A stretch of 64,000 bases of DNA from contig JAYWIR010000010.1 in assembly GCA_036172245.1 (NCBI GenBank), forward strand, positions 2,294,001 to 2,358,000, in the 5' to 3' direction. Origin of the DNA: Raillietiella orientalis. Taxonomy: Eukaryota. Below are positions 25,150-38,350 of this stretch, piece after piece. The notes beneath the pieces are model-generated. The model was not told where the DNA came from. It ran no database searches and saw only the letters and a list, made by a program, of their open reading frames with translations. Both the position numbers and the translations under genes were made by a program. The stretch's first letter is position 1. Each line of letters opens with the position of its first letter.

Positions 25150-26600
25150 ACATACCCTATTCGTAACAGCCCTGCTTATTAAGTGGGCAAAAAAAAAAAA
25201 ACCTTCCGTTGCCTTCAAGATAGGGACGATGACCCTAGCGAAATGTATCCTGGAGGAGGTCCAAGTGAGTTGGGAGGGACGAGCAGCTACATCAGGTGTG
25301 ATCGTCGTTCCCAGCTTGTAAATGCATGGAGTGAGGGGGTATCAAAAGGCACAAGGGGGCTCACTTCGTGAAGCCAATGGGGGATTCTTGAGAGGTACAT
25401 GGCATCGAGGATAGATTAGATGGATAGAGCAATAGGGATAGATTAGATTTGAAGAATGACGGAGAGTTCGATCCGTACAAAAATTGAAATCCTCCGCATC
25501 TAACAAAATGGGGAGCACTTTTGAGTAGCTTGTGGATTTTGCAAGTTAAAGTAAGGCTGCGCATCGAAGAAACAGAGCCGCAAGCGATGGTGACCTTGAA
25601 CCTGCGAGTGACTACCCCTAGTAAGAGAAGGGAGAGCCTGCTGCGTGTTCCTGTCCGTAAGAAGGAAAAGTTAGGAGCTTTGAGGTTTGGCACACTGCAG
25701 CAAACCGTTGTGTTCAACTCCCTGTCCGTGGAGCTCCTCGACACAGATGTGTGCAGAATGCAGGGCGAGAATCAAAGGTCCCTGCTGCCACGGAGGAGGC
25801 TGTTGCTCCGACCGAAACCCAGTTCTGAAGTGAATCTGAGAGGAACTCAAGAGGAGGAACTACAATGGTTTCTCAAGATGCCAGCTCGGAGGACAGGCAA
25901 AGAGACCAGGAATCAACAAGCCCCGGATCATGAGATCCAGCTCATTCCTGACTCGGCTGGATGGCCTGAAAGATTCAGTCTTCGTGGAAGCAGGCAAAAT
26001 AAGAATATATATGGTGTATATGCCGATCCGAAGACTAACTTCCTTAAACCATAAGAGCTTGCAAATTATCCCGCTGGACACTGAGGATGTCGGGTTGTTC
26101 CTGATTAAAGATCCAAGAAAAGATTCTGGGGCACAATCCCCCGTGCAGCCACTCAAAGAGAGCGACTCGAGGACGAAATCCCAGATCTTGCAAGCCAACT
26201 CTCGTAATGGGAACCACAGAGGAAACGTGCTGGTACACCGATCTCTTTCATGCAAGAAGTTTAGTCAAAAGGAGAGTGGTGAGTCACCAGATTGTGTGTT
26301 GGTGTTGTTGGTTGAGACACGGGCCCTCTACGGAACATCCTTCCGGTTCTTCGGATCAGGCAACTTCCGAACCAAGTCGCTATCGATAAGAGCACATCGA
26401 TGCGGCAACCTGCTTATAGGTTTCCGTTCAACCGTGTGACCAGGAGCAGCAGTCCGGAGCCTCATTTCGTGGATGCTTCGTATTTTTACCGCTCTTTAAT
26501 CTCCAGTCGTTTCCGCACGGACGCTGCAAGCTCCTCTTCAACGCTCCCAGAACCAGGTGTTCTGAAGAGGCTGTGCTACAAGAAAAATGAGCGCTGCTCA
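25150..26600 (+). mobile_element. Degenerate LINE ORF1 (zinc-knuckle-like) and APE endonuclease region
   Basis: ALRFGT..VCRMQGENQRS (compare CQRFGH..C..CGE.H.S), followed by SVFVEAGKIRIYMVYMP (compare endonuclease I...Y.P). Confidence 0.4.
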
Positions 26601-28949
26601 AGAATTGCTCCTTTCAACTCAAGGGAGAAGTACGTGCGACCTTAGCAAAGACGCAGCAATCATTTTGTCGGCTCTTGCTTTGAGGAACAGAATGCATGAG
26701 ATAGTTTATAACGTTGCTTCTAGTACAGCGAAGATCAGGGCGGAAGCGAATGCTGCGCTTCGGGGTGCACCGGTTAAGATCTGAATCCGCCTTTCAACAG
26801 AATCGCTGAACAGCGACTTGTGGCTTCTCTTTTATCTCTCGCTTCTCTTGAGATGCGTCTACTGCGAGAGCACATCACGTGATGCTCACTCCAATTTTTT
26901 GATGAATTCCTTATTTTCTTATCCTTATTTTGTTCCATGCCAGCGTCTGTAAGTGATCTCGGAACAATGTGAATATAACACTCCTTCTAATTTGCGTTTT
27001 CTACTTGCCAGATTGCTGCTAAAGCGTAATCTTTAAAGAATCATCCAAGGGGAATCGCCAAACAGAGACTCATCTGCCACCTGCTGACCATCGATGGACC
27101 TTGTCATACATCTCAACCGAGTCCAAATGAGTCTAGATGCAATCCCGTGCAATCCCGTGAGATCTGTTCAGACAAGCGATGCATCTTGAGTCACCCTCCT
27201 CTTATCTTTTTCCTTGAGAATGTTCGGGAGATTGCATGCGTCGCTGACGAGAACTTTCGTGAAGGTTCTTTCGTGAATAATCTGTTCCTGCCGGTGGGCA
27301 GTCGAATGGGAATCTCCGATCACGAAACTGCGAATCTCCAAGGAGCGAAAAAGAAAGTCTGCGTAGGATTTTATTTACAGCTCATTTCTGCATCATTTCC
27401 TTTTCTTTGACTTCTGTCCCCCCCCCCCCCCAAATGGGAAGCAAAAACGGTCGTCATTTTCTTCATTGTATCGAAAGCACTTTCGACCGAGGCAGCAGTG
27501 CTCTTGACCAAACTCCGGGGAGGAAAAAGTGAGGAGACCGAAAATGAAGAATTGCTTCTACGAGGGGGAGATTTCTACAAAAGTGGGGCAACCCTGCTCT
27601 CGGACAACTGTAGGCTGTTGAGCTCGTGAAGGTACTGGTAGCGCGAATGTGTCGCGAACAGGGAAGCACAGTCCCCGCAGACTGCGCAACTGGTGCTCCC
27701 AAGGAAACGCTTCTTTGAGAGATGCGGTTGCCAGTAGCACCCTCCTCACATTGGAAAGCTTGTTGCAGGATTCCTCGGTGATCTAGGGATCGTGCTAAGG
27801 TTCAAGGTCAGAAACATGCCATTAGAAGCTCGCGTCACGATGAAGCTGTGTTTATCAAGAAACATTGGAGAAAAACGTAATGAAATACTCCACTGATAAA
27901 CTCAGCAGACAGGCAATAAACGGAGAGACGATCTTCTCTCACCGTACGAAAGCGAGCAGGCGGAGGAAGCACCATAAAAGATGGGAGACGAAGAGCAGCC
28001 CGAAGGAGCAGAATAGTAACTGCGAAAGAAGGCCCAGAACCCCCTGAAACCAGTTATGTACTTGCACACATTAACGACGATAAACGGTGCAGACACTCAA
28101 GACATTTATTTATTCAATTCCATGGCTGAGTTGGAAACAGTGGTTAGCAGACATGCTCTACGATTCCGCTACAGATGACTGTACCCAGAATGCTGTGCCT
28201 TTCTTTCACAGCATGACGAAAAAAAAACTCCATGGGATGTGTCCTCCTTTGGATCGCATTTATGCCACGAACACGTGCTCTTCGAGATTTGATGGAATTT
28301 CTCGAATTTTCTTGCCGACGCTTTAATTGTTCTTGAGACGCAGCAGCCTCGAAACATGACGGCATAATTTGTATACAACTCGGCTGGTCTTCGTCGCTCG
28401 CGTTACTGAGATTCGAAAGACACGCAACCGCGTGAGAGAAAGAAGGAAGCAAAACTAAGCATCCGGTCGCAGAAAGATGAACGTGAGGATCCGCGGAACG
28501 GGAACGTGGAAACTGCATACGAAACCGTGCCCGTGGGGCAAGTCTAATTTCTACGCTGATGCAGAAAATTGCCTTTCAAAACCTGCAGAACGGCGTATTC
28601 GTCGGTCATGAATTTTTTCCCGCTTCACAGACTTATCTTCAGTGCCACAATGGCGGCAGATGAAATATGAAAGCATAAAGCTCACCAAGAGAGGCTCCCG
28701 AAAAACTAATCTGCAAAGTCGAACCACACCCACACACTCTCCAAAATCTGAGAGTTCGTAACGTGGGTCCTAAGATCTTCCAGCTGACGGCTGGAAATGA
28801 TCATATCCTTCACGTCCACAAGGATGTCTTCGTATGCACCATTAGGTTAATTGCACAACCCTGTGCAAAAGACAAAGTTTCCGTTTCCTTATTATTCTAT
28901 ACACTAAATACATGCTGACTGCTCTTGACCACCTTGGTCACAGTCCTAA

Positions 28950-29750
28950 ATAGAATGATGCGGAAGAAAGTTTCGGAAATGCTGTGGCACGCTTTCGGTA
29001 GAGGGGATTAAGTACCGAATAAGCACAGCAGTGCAAGAAATGGAACACATGAAGGACTTCCGAGAATTTCGGCAATGTAAGCAGTTTTGGAGTGGAAAGG
29101 TTGGTGTAACGAAGAGTTCCGCGGTGAACGATTCTCCATCAGAAAAACATTCACGAGTTTCGAAGAATACAGATTTAGGAATCAAATCCTTTTTGGTCCA
29201 CGTGGATTTGAGAGAAGACTTTCGCAAATTACGGCCAGTCGTGATCAGGAACTAAAACTCCTGATTAGTGGTTCGAAACGGGCAATAGATTTCTCGGTAT
29301 TTACTTTTTTATTGGTACCCTATACGATTTTAACAGAAAATCAACACTTTTAGCGCTTAGCACTTTCGGTGTTTAATCCACACTTAAGCAACGTCACGAA
29401 TATTCCGCAATCCACGTTTCTCTGTGATTTTGACATTTCCTATCGAAGTAAATCATTTTGCAAAATGTTTTTCCTCGTTCTTCGTTTCACTGATCGAGAG
29501 GGAATGTGGGCAATCGTACCATTTGTAGGACTCGCATATTCTGAGGGAAGAAGCTTTGGGCTCAAGATCGTTAAGCACCACCAATCACGGATTCACGGAA
29601 CGGATGGAAACGCATCAATTCAAGTTAATTGCTTCGGATCCTTTGGAAGTTCCTTCCTAGACGTAACTTCTTTGAGAATATAGCGTTTACGCATCTCTTC
29701 TCCTTCTTCAGGATAAAGAAATGCTTCCATAAAGTTCCATCTTGCTGATG
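28950..29750 (+). mobile_element. Degenerate LINE RT fragment
   Basis: FLVHVDLREDF (compare V.LDL.KAF), then VTNIPQSTFL (compare GVPQGS.L). Confidence 0.4.
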
Positions 29751-32700
29751 TTATCAATCTTTTTAGTCCTTATTTTTTGCTTCCTCTTTACAGCATCCCA
29801 TACTCTCCCGTCTTATACTGGTCCTGTGCCCCAGCATTCTAAACTACCGGGAGTTTGTATTCATCCTGCTTACTTCATTATCCTTCAGAGTTGCATTTCT
29901 TCTTGTATGGGCGTCTTTCAGAAACTCCGTTGTCTTCATCCGTAAACATGGCAGGTTGCTTCTGCAACTTCGGAATTCCACGGTGAGACTCATCTTTACC
30001 TTGCCAACACCGGAAACTTGCTTTCTCGTGGGTGTTTGTCAATTTTGTCTGTCGATTTTGATTCTTCCCGATAGATGCAAGCCGGGAATGGTCGCCAAAG
30101 ATTGCTGCGCAACCTCTTCGTGATTCATCCCCACGAAGCGCTACGCAGTCTGGATCGAATACCATGATTACAGAAGGCAATACCATGATTACACTCCGCG
30201 TGGCAACACTTACGTTACTCTACTAAGAACTCTGAGAGCAAGAACTTAGGTATTCACGCAGAATGGCGATGGAGTTAATCGATAACTTGGAGCTGCCAAC
30301 TGACAGAGCATCAGTGAGATCCTTCTGTTGTTACAGATCAAGGTCTTTTATTTAGGAGCATACCAAGGGTCAGACTTCCGGATGATGATGAAGACGCAAA
30401 CATATGCCTACTGTGTCACATATCGGAGTCGTTCTCACCCCGTCTGCACCAGAAAATAAAAGTCATTAGAAACAAACGACTGTTCACGAGAAGCAAGGAT
30501 GACCGAGTCTTTAAGCAATCTCCGCCGAGGCCGAGTCGTGAGAATCGAAAGTAACCGGAGGCAGGAACTTAACAGCAAAGATTCCAATGAAAAATGGAAG
30601 GTATCCGTCATGAGAAGAAAAGGGAAGCCCTTTAACGAGAAAGCAAAAGATAGCGAATCCAATACGTCAATGGTCTTGCCGATGCTGAAAATTCCACTGC
30701 ATCGCCAGCAAGCCCAGATTCCTCCTAGCCGCCGCCCCCCTCCCCCTCACTTCCAAACAGCAAGGAACACTCGAAATATCGCAAGAGCCACATTGGTGTT
30801 GCACACACGTCAGCCGGCATGTCGCAGAGAAGCACTCCAGAAAATGCTCTGTCTGAGAGCCACCATCCCTAACGAGTTAGGCAGCGAGCAGGAAGCGTTC
30901 CCGCTGCAGGAAGCAAACCACTGAGGGACTGTTTGCGTTATCTCCAGTGGAAGTGGTGGACGCGAGACTTCCAAAGCCCGGGGAATCCGGAAAGCAGCCG
31001 GTCGAGGAGAGATCGTTCCAAACTCCACTCTTCCATCGTTTTCAAGAAATGCCGCCGAAGTCCTGGGAGACGATTCCGAATCGGAAAAGTGGGAATTCGG
31101 AGGCCGCTCGCCGAAGTCTCCGAGGTTTGCGCGACACGCGTCGCGTTGGTTGCACGGCAGCAGAGACGACGTGCGAAACCAGGAGCAAAACAAGTTGCGT
31201 GAAAAAACGCAAGGAAACTGTCCTTTGGACCGGCCGTCTCCGGGACGCTCGGTTGGTGACGCTCGAGGATCCGTTGCACGCTTCTTCTCCTCGAGAAGTG
31301 ACCTCTGGGAACGAAAATACTGAGGCGGGTGGCGACCAAAAACATGCAAGAGAATTTCGTGGAAATCCGAATGCTCCACTCCCTGCAAACTTCCTGCGCA
31401 ACCAGTCCCTCAGAAGTCCCTCGGGCTTCGAAGTCGGACCGAAATCGTTGCACCGTGAGCTTGGGAAGAAGCGGACCCTTGCAGAAAATCCAGGGGGAGA
31501 GAAATTCGTAAGCAGTTCTATGACCTGACCCTGGATGACCGTGCCGCTTTCCTTCCGTTCCGGGCAAGAAAGGGTTTCATTCGTTCTTAGGTTCGCGCGT
31601 CCCGGATCATTTTATTCGCACCGCCGGATGTAAGAAGGCAACAGAGATGTCACCCCACAAGATCAGAGTAATTAGACAGTTACAGAAAAGGATGCCAGGA
31701 AATCATTCAGGAAACGTGATGCGTTGCACTTGCTTCCATCCAAGAAGATGTCGCGATGATGAACGGGATGTTGAGCGCGAATCTGTAGCCACGTGTGAAA
31801 AACCAGTTGGGGAGTGATTGACTCTGGGCCGCCGTGTCTCGGGAAAGTTCTCCCGCGGGTGACATCGAAAACTCGGGAACGGTGACGGGAATTTTCCGCC
31901 GTCTCTTTGCCTTAGCCCACGGGGTGCATCCCTTCGGGACGCCGCACGGGGAAATGCGAAACCAAAGATAATGATTTTCTTACCATTTGGAACATCGTAA
32001 GTGGCTCTCCTCACTGAAACAGAGGGGGGAGGGGGAAAGGTCAGCTCAGGAAAAAAAATCCATTGAAGAGGCGCGCAATTAACTCAGCAACTCGCATGCG
32101 CATGAAATCTGAGGCAAGCAGAGATCAAAGTTGCTCCAGACAAACCAAATGAAAAGCGCGAAAAAGCAGCAGCAACCGGCGGCTTCTCGGGGGACAGGCG
32201 GCACCATTTCCCTGTCCCGCGAAGCAGCTCGGAAATTTGCTTCCCATGCAAGATTAGAGGGGAAGAAAACGCTGCAGCGTCCGAACAAACCCTCCCCAAA
32301 CTGCAGGTTTCCCTTCCTTGAGGAATCGCCGCGCACATCGTGACTGCTCCCTGAGAAGTACTCGAGGAGGAATAAACGAGTTTTCAGGGAGAGAGTTTCT
32401 TTCGGAGAAAGAGGGGGAGTGAGGAGAGGAATGGAGGGGGGGGGGATCCTCAGACCCTCGAAAGGAGAACGTGCCGCTTGCAAAGCCCCTGAGCATCCCA
32501 TGGAGCCGCAGTCGCATCGCGCTCCTCTCTAGAGAGTGTGCATTCGGGGGAGGGGGGCTGTCCCGGAAATTCCCGCCGTGGATGCAGCCGAAATCGCGAC
32601 TGGGGACTTCCTGCGGACGCGAAGGGGCCCCGTGCGTGCGCGCGCGTGACAGCAGTTTCGCGGTGCGAACGGAAGCAGCACCGTTCGTGGGGAAGTGATG

Positions 32701-32894
32701 GGAGAGGGAGGGGAGGGGGGGTCGGAGGACGGATGCCTAGGCAACGAGCGCGCTTCCGACCTGGCCCCATTCCGTGCCGCGCGTGGGCCACTCCGGACTC
32801 GAAAGATGAGAACCCGCGAAGCCGACTGGGAAACTTGCACGCCCTCTTCCCGTCCTTTCCAGATTTCCGGTGCTTTCCATGTTCTTCAGAACAA

Positions 32895-33672
32895 ACAGTG
32901 AGCCTGCGTGACTGCGGTCTCCGCGCGTGGCACCAGGCGTTGCGGGTTCAAATCCCGCCTGGGGAAGGCTCGACTCCGAGAACAGGGGGTGCGTCGTGGG
33001 TTTCGGGTCTCCCTCCCCCCCCCGCAAGATGACGCTGGTTGCCTATTCAAGTGCAATGGCACTGGTGGAAGTCGGAAACCCTTGGACGTCTCCGTTGATT
33101 GGCCGGGATTGGAAGTTGATCCTCCGGGGTCTTTCCAGGACATTAAGAAGTCCTTCGGAGTTTCCCTCCGGTTGTGAAAATGGGGTAGCCCATCGCGTTC
33201 CATGGAGCTCGTTGTAAGCCCCTTCGGAGGTTGCCTCTCCAGAGTGTAAGGAGCGCGCTGCTCCCTTAGGGAGAGCCCTTCAGAGAAACCGGGAAGCGTC
33301 CCTTCGGGGTTCTCTTCAGTGGAGGGAACGGCGAGGTTCCCTTGCTGCTGCCCTCTGGATAAGAAATTCCAGGAGCGGATCCTTTCCGAGTTTCCCCTGG
33401 AGAAGAAACGAGGAGTGGCCCCTTCCAGGAAATCCCTCCGGAGAGAATAAGGAAGAGGTTCCCTTCGGGGTTCCCTCCCAAGCGTAATAGGCGAGGACGT
33501 CTTTCCTTCGGAGCCTTCCCGGATTCTCGTAGAGTGGTCCCCTCTAGGGGTACCCCCTATAAATCGAAGAGTTTCACAAACCCTCGGGCGACGTGGACAG
33601 TGCTGAAGAACCTCGCGATCCCCCCCCCCCCTCCCCAGGGAGGCGGACGGTTCTTTAGCACTTGGCGAACCC
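32895..33672 (+). mobile_element. tRNA-headed SINE-like dispersed repeat, most complete copy (E)
   Basis: Head has a B-box-like GCGGGTTCAAATCCC (32942-32956). The body carries several CCTTCGG hairpins. Colinear similarity to the copies at ~1800, ~6015, ~11570 and ~12355. Confidence 0.7.
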
Positions 33673-35399
33673 CTCACCCCTCTCCCCAAAAAAAATCCGG
33701 AAAAAAAATTCTGCAAGGAAAGAAGAGAAACAGGAACCCTTAAAAAGGGTTTCCATTACCATTTTATTTTTTGTATTTTCTTCCTGTTGTTCCAAAGGAA
33801 CGCAGGCAAAAAAAGGTCACAGGCGATTGCAATCTTGCAGAACGCTACAAGATTATCTGCGTGGCGGAAAGTGGCCTGGATGGAAATTCATTTTCTGCAC
33901 AGGTCTACTTGATTCACGCCTCGTGCAAGAGTTACCGACAAAGGCGCGAACAGGTGGGGAGAAGATGAAAGCAACTGCTGAAGGCAAGAGGAGCATCTCA
34001 AAGAGTCGAGAATTTCCTGCGCAGGGTAGCATCGGAATTGTGAAGTTCACTGGACCGTTCGCCGGACCTTCTCAGGGATTGGCAACTGCCCAAACCCTCA
34101 GAAGGAAAATCACACAGAGGAAGAACACATCGGCGCGCCTACCGCCGACTGTTGCATGGCAACGTGCAACACGCTCAAGATAAGTTTCCCTGTTAGGAAT
34201 GGCATTCCATTTTATTTATGGCATCTGAGATATTTGAAGGGTTCGAGGAAGACCGGAAGACCGATCGATTTTCTCTTTCTCTCGTTCTGTCTTTCGTTTG
34301 ACATTGCCTCCAAGGCAACGAAGAGCTGCTGCATCACACCCATCAGTTCCTGGTCTACCGAGCGCACCGACTATGACGACTTCCGAGGAGAAAGCGCAGC
34401 ATCCTCTGCCACATGGACACGAGAGCGAGGAGGGAACTCGCTTGCTGGAGGCGGCGAGCAAACCGCAACCGCCTCCATCTGCACCCTGCCGCAGCCCGAA
34501 GGAGAGACGCCTTCGGCCTGCGGCACCCCGAAGGTGTCTCCCTTCTCCCACCCCAGAGGGTGAGCTTCTCCGACTCAGCGTCGCTCCTCTCCCGACCACC
34601 TCGTGCCTCGTGAGCGCAGCCCTGGCTCCATCCGTTCCTCGGAGGGCTGGGGACGAACCTTCCCTTCCCAACCTTCCCTCCATCCCTTCCCGCCTCGTCA
34701 CCGAGTTTGTAGGGAAGTTCCCCGAGGAAACGCGATTTACTCCGTCTCCCCACATTTCCTCCCAAGCCTTTCCTCCGGTTCGAATACCTCGCGAAAGCGC
34801 AGGACACCGGAAGTCCTTCCGGAGAGATTCCGCACCCCGAAACGACACTTGTGGAGACAGGAATCGATGATCTCAAGGGTTCCCAATCTGCCTCGATATG
34901 CATCCCTTCCTTCCCCCTTCGTACCTTCGGAGGCTATCAGCAGCCGAGCTCGATATCTCCCTGGACCACGGGAGGCGAGTCCAGCCGTGGAGCTACTCGC
35001 GGGAAGGGAAGGGGCAAAGTTTTCGCAGGAAGAACCGCAGCGTCCATGAGGACGTTCCCGCTCCGCGAACGAAGGGGCGAGCGGGAACCTGCCCCTTGGT
35101 GAAGAGCGGTGGCTCGGGTGCCCCGCGGCGCCGTCACCTCCCTTCCTCCGTCGGCAGCCCTTGCAGCGCACCCGTCCCACGTCCAGGGTCAGTACGGTCC
35201 TCGAGGAGAGAGCAGGGTCGCCATGCTCCGGTTTCTTTGAGGTTGATGGTGAGCGCGTTCGAATTGGAGGTTCCGCAAGAGCGGCAGAAGGAGACTCGAC
35301 CGCTGCAGCCCTCGTGGTCAGGCTGCTCACCCCACACACACCCAAGGACTCGGAAGCACCTCGGAACTCGATTGCTTACGGCATATCGAGACCCCTTGA

Positions 35400-35900
35400 G
35401 GCCGGGGCCGTGCTCTCCGGGCCTCTCCCTCGAGCGCGCGCGCCGCATGGTAGGCGAAGCGGGAAGCAGCGGGCCGGGCGCGTACAGACTGAAGGCCAGA
35501 GTAAACGAAATCTTCCAAAGCTGACACCGCCGCGGTACGATTCCCAGATCGGGGCAGCTTCGAGAGCTGGACCGCACGAACTCCCCTTGTGCGGCGCTTG
35601 GGGCTGATGCGGGTTGGGGCTCTCGCGAGAACCGCTCGCGATAGCAATGGTCCAGGAGCTCAGAATCCCGACTCCTAGCGACGAATTCGGAGAGACGGAG
35701 GTGCTCAGGGAGTGGCGGGATCCAGCTTCCCTTCCTCCCAACGAGTTCCTCGGTCGTCTTGGAGAATCGTCGTTGCCACGAGGATCGACCGCACCATCGA
35801 CGACGACTGCGCGGCGGGACCCTCAGTGGCTTCTATCCAACAACCGGAAGACCGACAGGAAGTTTGGGGCATGACAGTCGCACGCGAGATCCCAGCAGGG
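35400..35900 (+). mobile_element. Degenerate LINE RT fragment inside a GC-rich block
   Basis: SSGPGA..NEIFQS*HRRGTIP (compare PGPDG...IFN.S...G.IP), then LPPNEFLGRLGES (compare L..NQFGFR.GRS). Confidence 0.4.
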
Positions 35901-38049
35901 AGGACGGAGGTAGAGAGGAGAAGGGAGGAGGGACCGATCCCCGGGAGAGGGCGGAAGGGAAGGAGCGTGCGGGTGTGGGAAATTCCGACAGGAGCGGAAG
36001 GGAGCGGAGTGCACGGGGAAGAGATACCTCGGGGAGTTCTTCCTCCCGTTCGTCACCGTGGCCAGGGCTGCGCTTTCTCGGGCGAGACGCGCCCCGTGCC
36101 ATGACAATGGAGAGCTTCGTGACTGCTCCGGAGCTCACTCTGGTCTCGAAAGTGATCTACGTGGGAAGAGGCCCGCTGCTTTGCCTCGCGTCCCCTCCTC
36201 GTAGCCCGAAGATCTGGAAGATGATGCGAGGAAAGCAACAGCAGCGGAAGAGGAAGAAAGTAACTGCGCAGATGCTACCCACGGAGCCGTAGGAGGATAA
36301 CTCGTATCCCCTATTTCTAGGATCTCTTGGAACTCTTTTTTCTTTTTCTTTTTTTTTTCTTCTTTAGTACATTCTTCCTTTTGCCCCTCTCTCGCGGACG
36401 GATGAGCCAGCTGTTTATCACCCGGGTGCGCCGGGGCGTTTATTAAAAACTATCCGGGAACAGAGTTCCTGGACAAAGGGAAAGACAAGAGACGAAGGGG
36501 GTGGGATCCCCGACACGCAGGTCAGATGAGCCAGCTGTAGGGAGGGGCCGGTGCCGCCAGTTCTGCCGCCTGCCTACCGCATCAGGACCGTTCCGGAAAA
36601 GAGCGAGCGGAGGCCACCTCCGGGAGCAGGAAGTGCCAGAGGGCCGGGTCATGCGGACGAGGGTGGGAGGCTGACGCGCGTGCGCGAGAAAAAAGAAACC
36701 GGGTGCGTCCCAGGGAGGCAGAGAAGACGCGCAGCGGAGGAGAGGGGGTCTTGGCTCCTCCGGCAGGCGCTCCCCAGCGAGATGAGGGGGAGGGAGATCT
36801 GAGAAGAATCTTCCGGCCGCTTCCTAGCGAATCGGCGCGTCTCTTTATCCTTTCTTTCTTGATGCAGCATCCAGCATCTCCCCCTCACCACCTCCCTTGA
36901 GGGAGGGAGGAGCCGCCACTTCAGCCACCAGGCAGTTCCTTCGCTTCCACGGATTGCTGCCAGGAGAGGAAGGGAAACGGAGCGGTGAAAAAGGCGCGGG
37001 AAGCGTTGTCGACGGTGACGGGAGCTGAGTCGGACGCAGCTGGATGCTGGAGGAGTGGGACGGTGCCTCGCTGGCGGGGGAGACATCCTCCTCCTGAGAG
37101 GCGGCGGTCGTTTCTCGGGAAACGTAGAGACGGGAACGAAATTTGGGCGCAGATGCATCCCTGGCTCTTCCTCCCGGAGAAACCATCGCCTTGAAGCGTC
37201 TCGTGGAGAAGGAAATGTAGAGGAACTTCATTCCTAGGAAGATCGGGGAGGAGGAAGGAGCAGAGCGCCTCTCCCTCGATCCAGCGGATGGAGCAGCACG
37301 GGACTGGACAGTTCTCCCCGCGTCGCGCTCGCGAGAGTTCCCCGTTTCCAGCAGGACCCGGCGCGAGCGCTCACCCAGCCCTTTCCTCTCCCGGCGATCT
37401 GTGCCGGAACTCGGAGAGAGGCTGGCGCCACGGCGGAGTTTGACGTTCCCTCCCCCCCTCCCCCGCTTCCTCGAAGGGCCACCGCCAGGAGTTTGGCCTT
37501 GCCTCCTCTTGGAGAAGAACAGCGACGGGAAGAAGAGGAGGGGAAGGAAGGAGGATGAAGGAAGGGTGCTGGAGGACCTCGTCAGAGGGCGTTCCTGGAA
37601 AGCTGCTGCTGGGAGAAAGGGGCACAGTAGGAAGCGTCTCGGATTCTGAGTGGCGCGCACGGTTACCGAACCCCCCGATAAAAAAACACACACACATACA
37701 TCCCGATCGAAACCAGGGGGATCCTGGGATCCCGTGGCGAACCGCGGCTGGTGGCGGAGCCCAAGCTCCTCGAGGGACGCGGAGATTCGGGACTCCCGCC
37801 TCCTTTGGGGACCGTAAACTCTGCACGGATTGCCGCCGCCGCCACCAGTCTGGAGTTAAGGAGCGTGCGCATGCGCTAACGCGATCGTCGACGTTCAGGA
37901 TTGCGGAGCGCGCGCCTCTCTAATCCGGAAAAATCGAGCGCGGCAGTAGTGAAGGCACTGGTAGCAGTCGGGAACCGAAGCTCCGAGGGAATACACACTT
38001 GCGGTTGTCCGAGATGCGCACACCGCCCCCGCACGCACCGGGAGGAGGA

Positions 38050-38350
38050 GGAGAAGGAGGGAGACGCTCGCACCTCGACCCGCTGATCAGCTGCGCCCCG
38101 CCGTTCCTCCCGGCGGCGGCGCGCGCTACTTCCACCGAAGCCGTGCAAAGAGAAGCAGATCTCCTTGCACGGTTGCGTTCGGAAAACAGCATGAAGGATC
38201 CGTCCGTCCGTGGCTCCTCGCGTGAAGGAAGACTCTGGCAGGAGGGTGGCAGTGACCTGCAGTTGCGTTTCCAAAGGAACGGTCACGCCCTGCGACGCAC
38301 ATCTCGAAGCGCACGAGCAAGGGGAGACAGCTAGCTATTCCTGCACTATG
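38050..38350 (-). mobile_element. Degenerate LINE RT fragment inside a GC-rich block
   Basis: QLQVTATLLPESSF...SLHGF resembles NYRPI.LLP..SK...QHGF. Confidence 0.3.

Noticed and set aside
32900..32965. Possible tRNA gene
   Set aside because: Only the T-arm/B-box is recognisable, with no complete cloverleaf; it is the head of a dispersed repeat.
33055..33066. AATGGCACTGG, resembling the start of miR-263
   Set aside because: It is only an 11-nt match inside a repeat copy, with no hairpin.
38119..38135. Partial match to the 3' half of miR-275 (GAAGTAGCGCGCG, minus strand)
   Set aside because: The seed is absent and there is no precursor hairpin.
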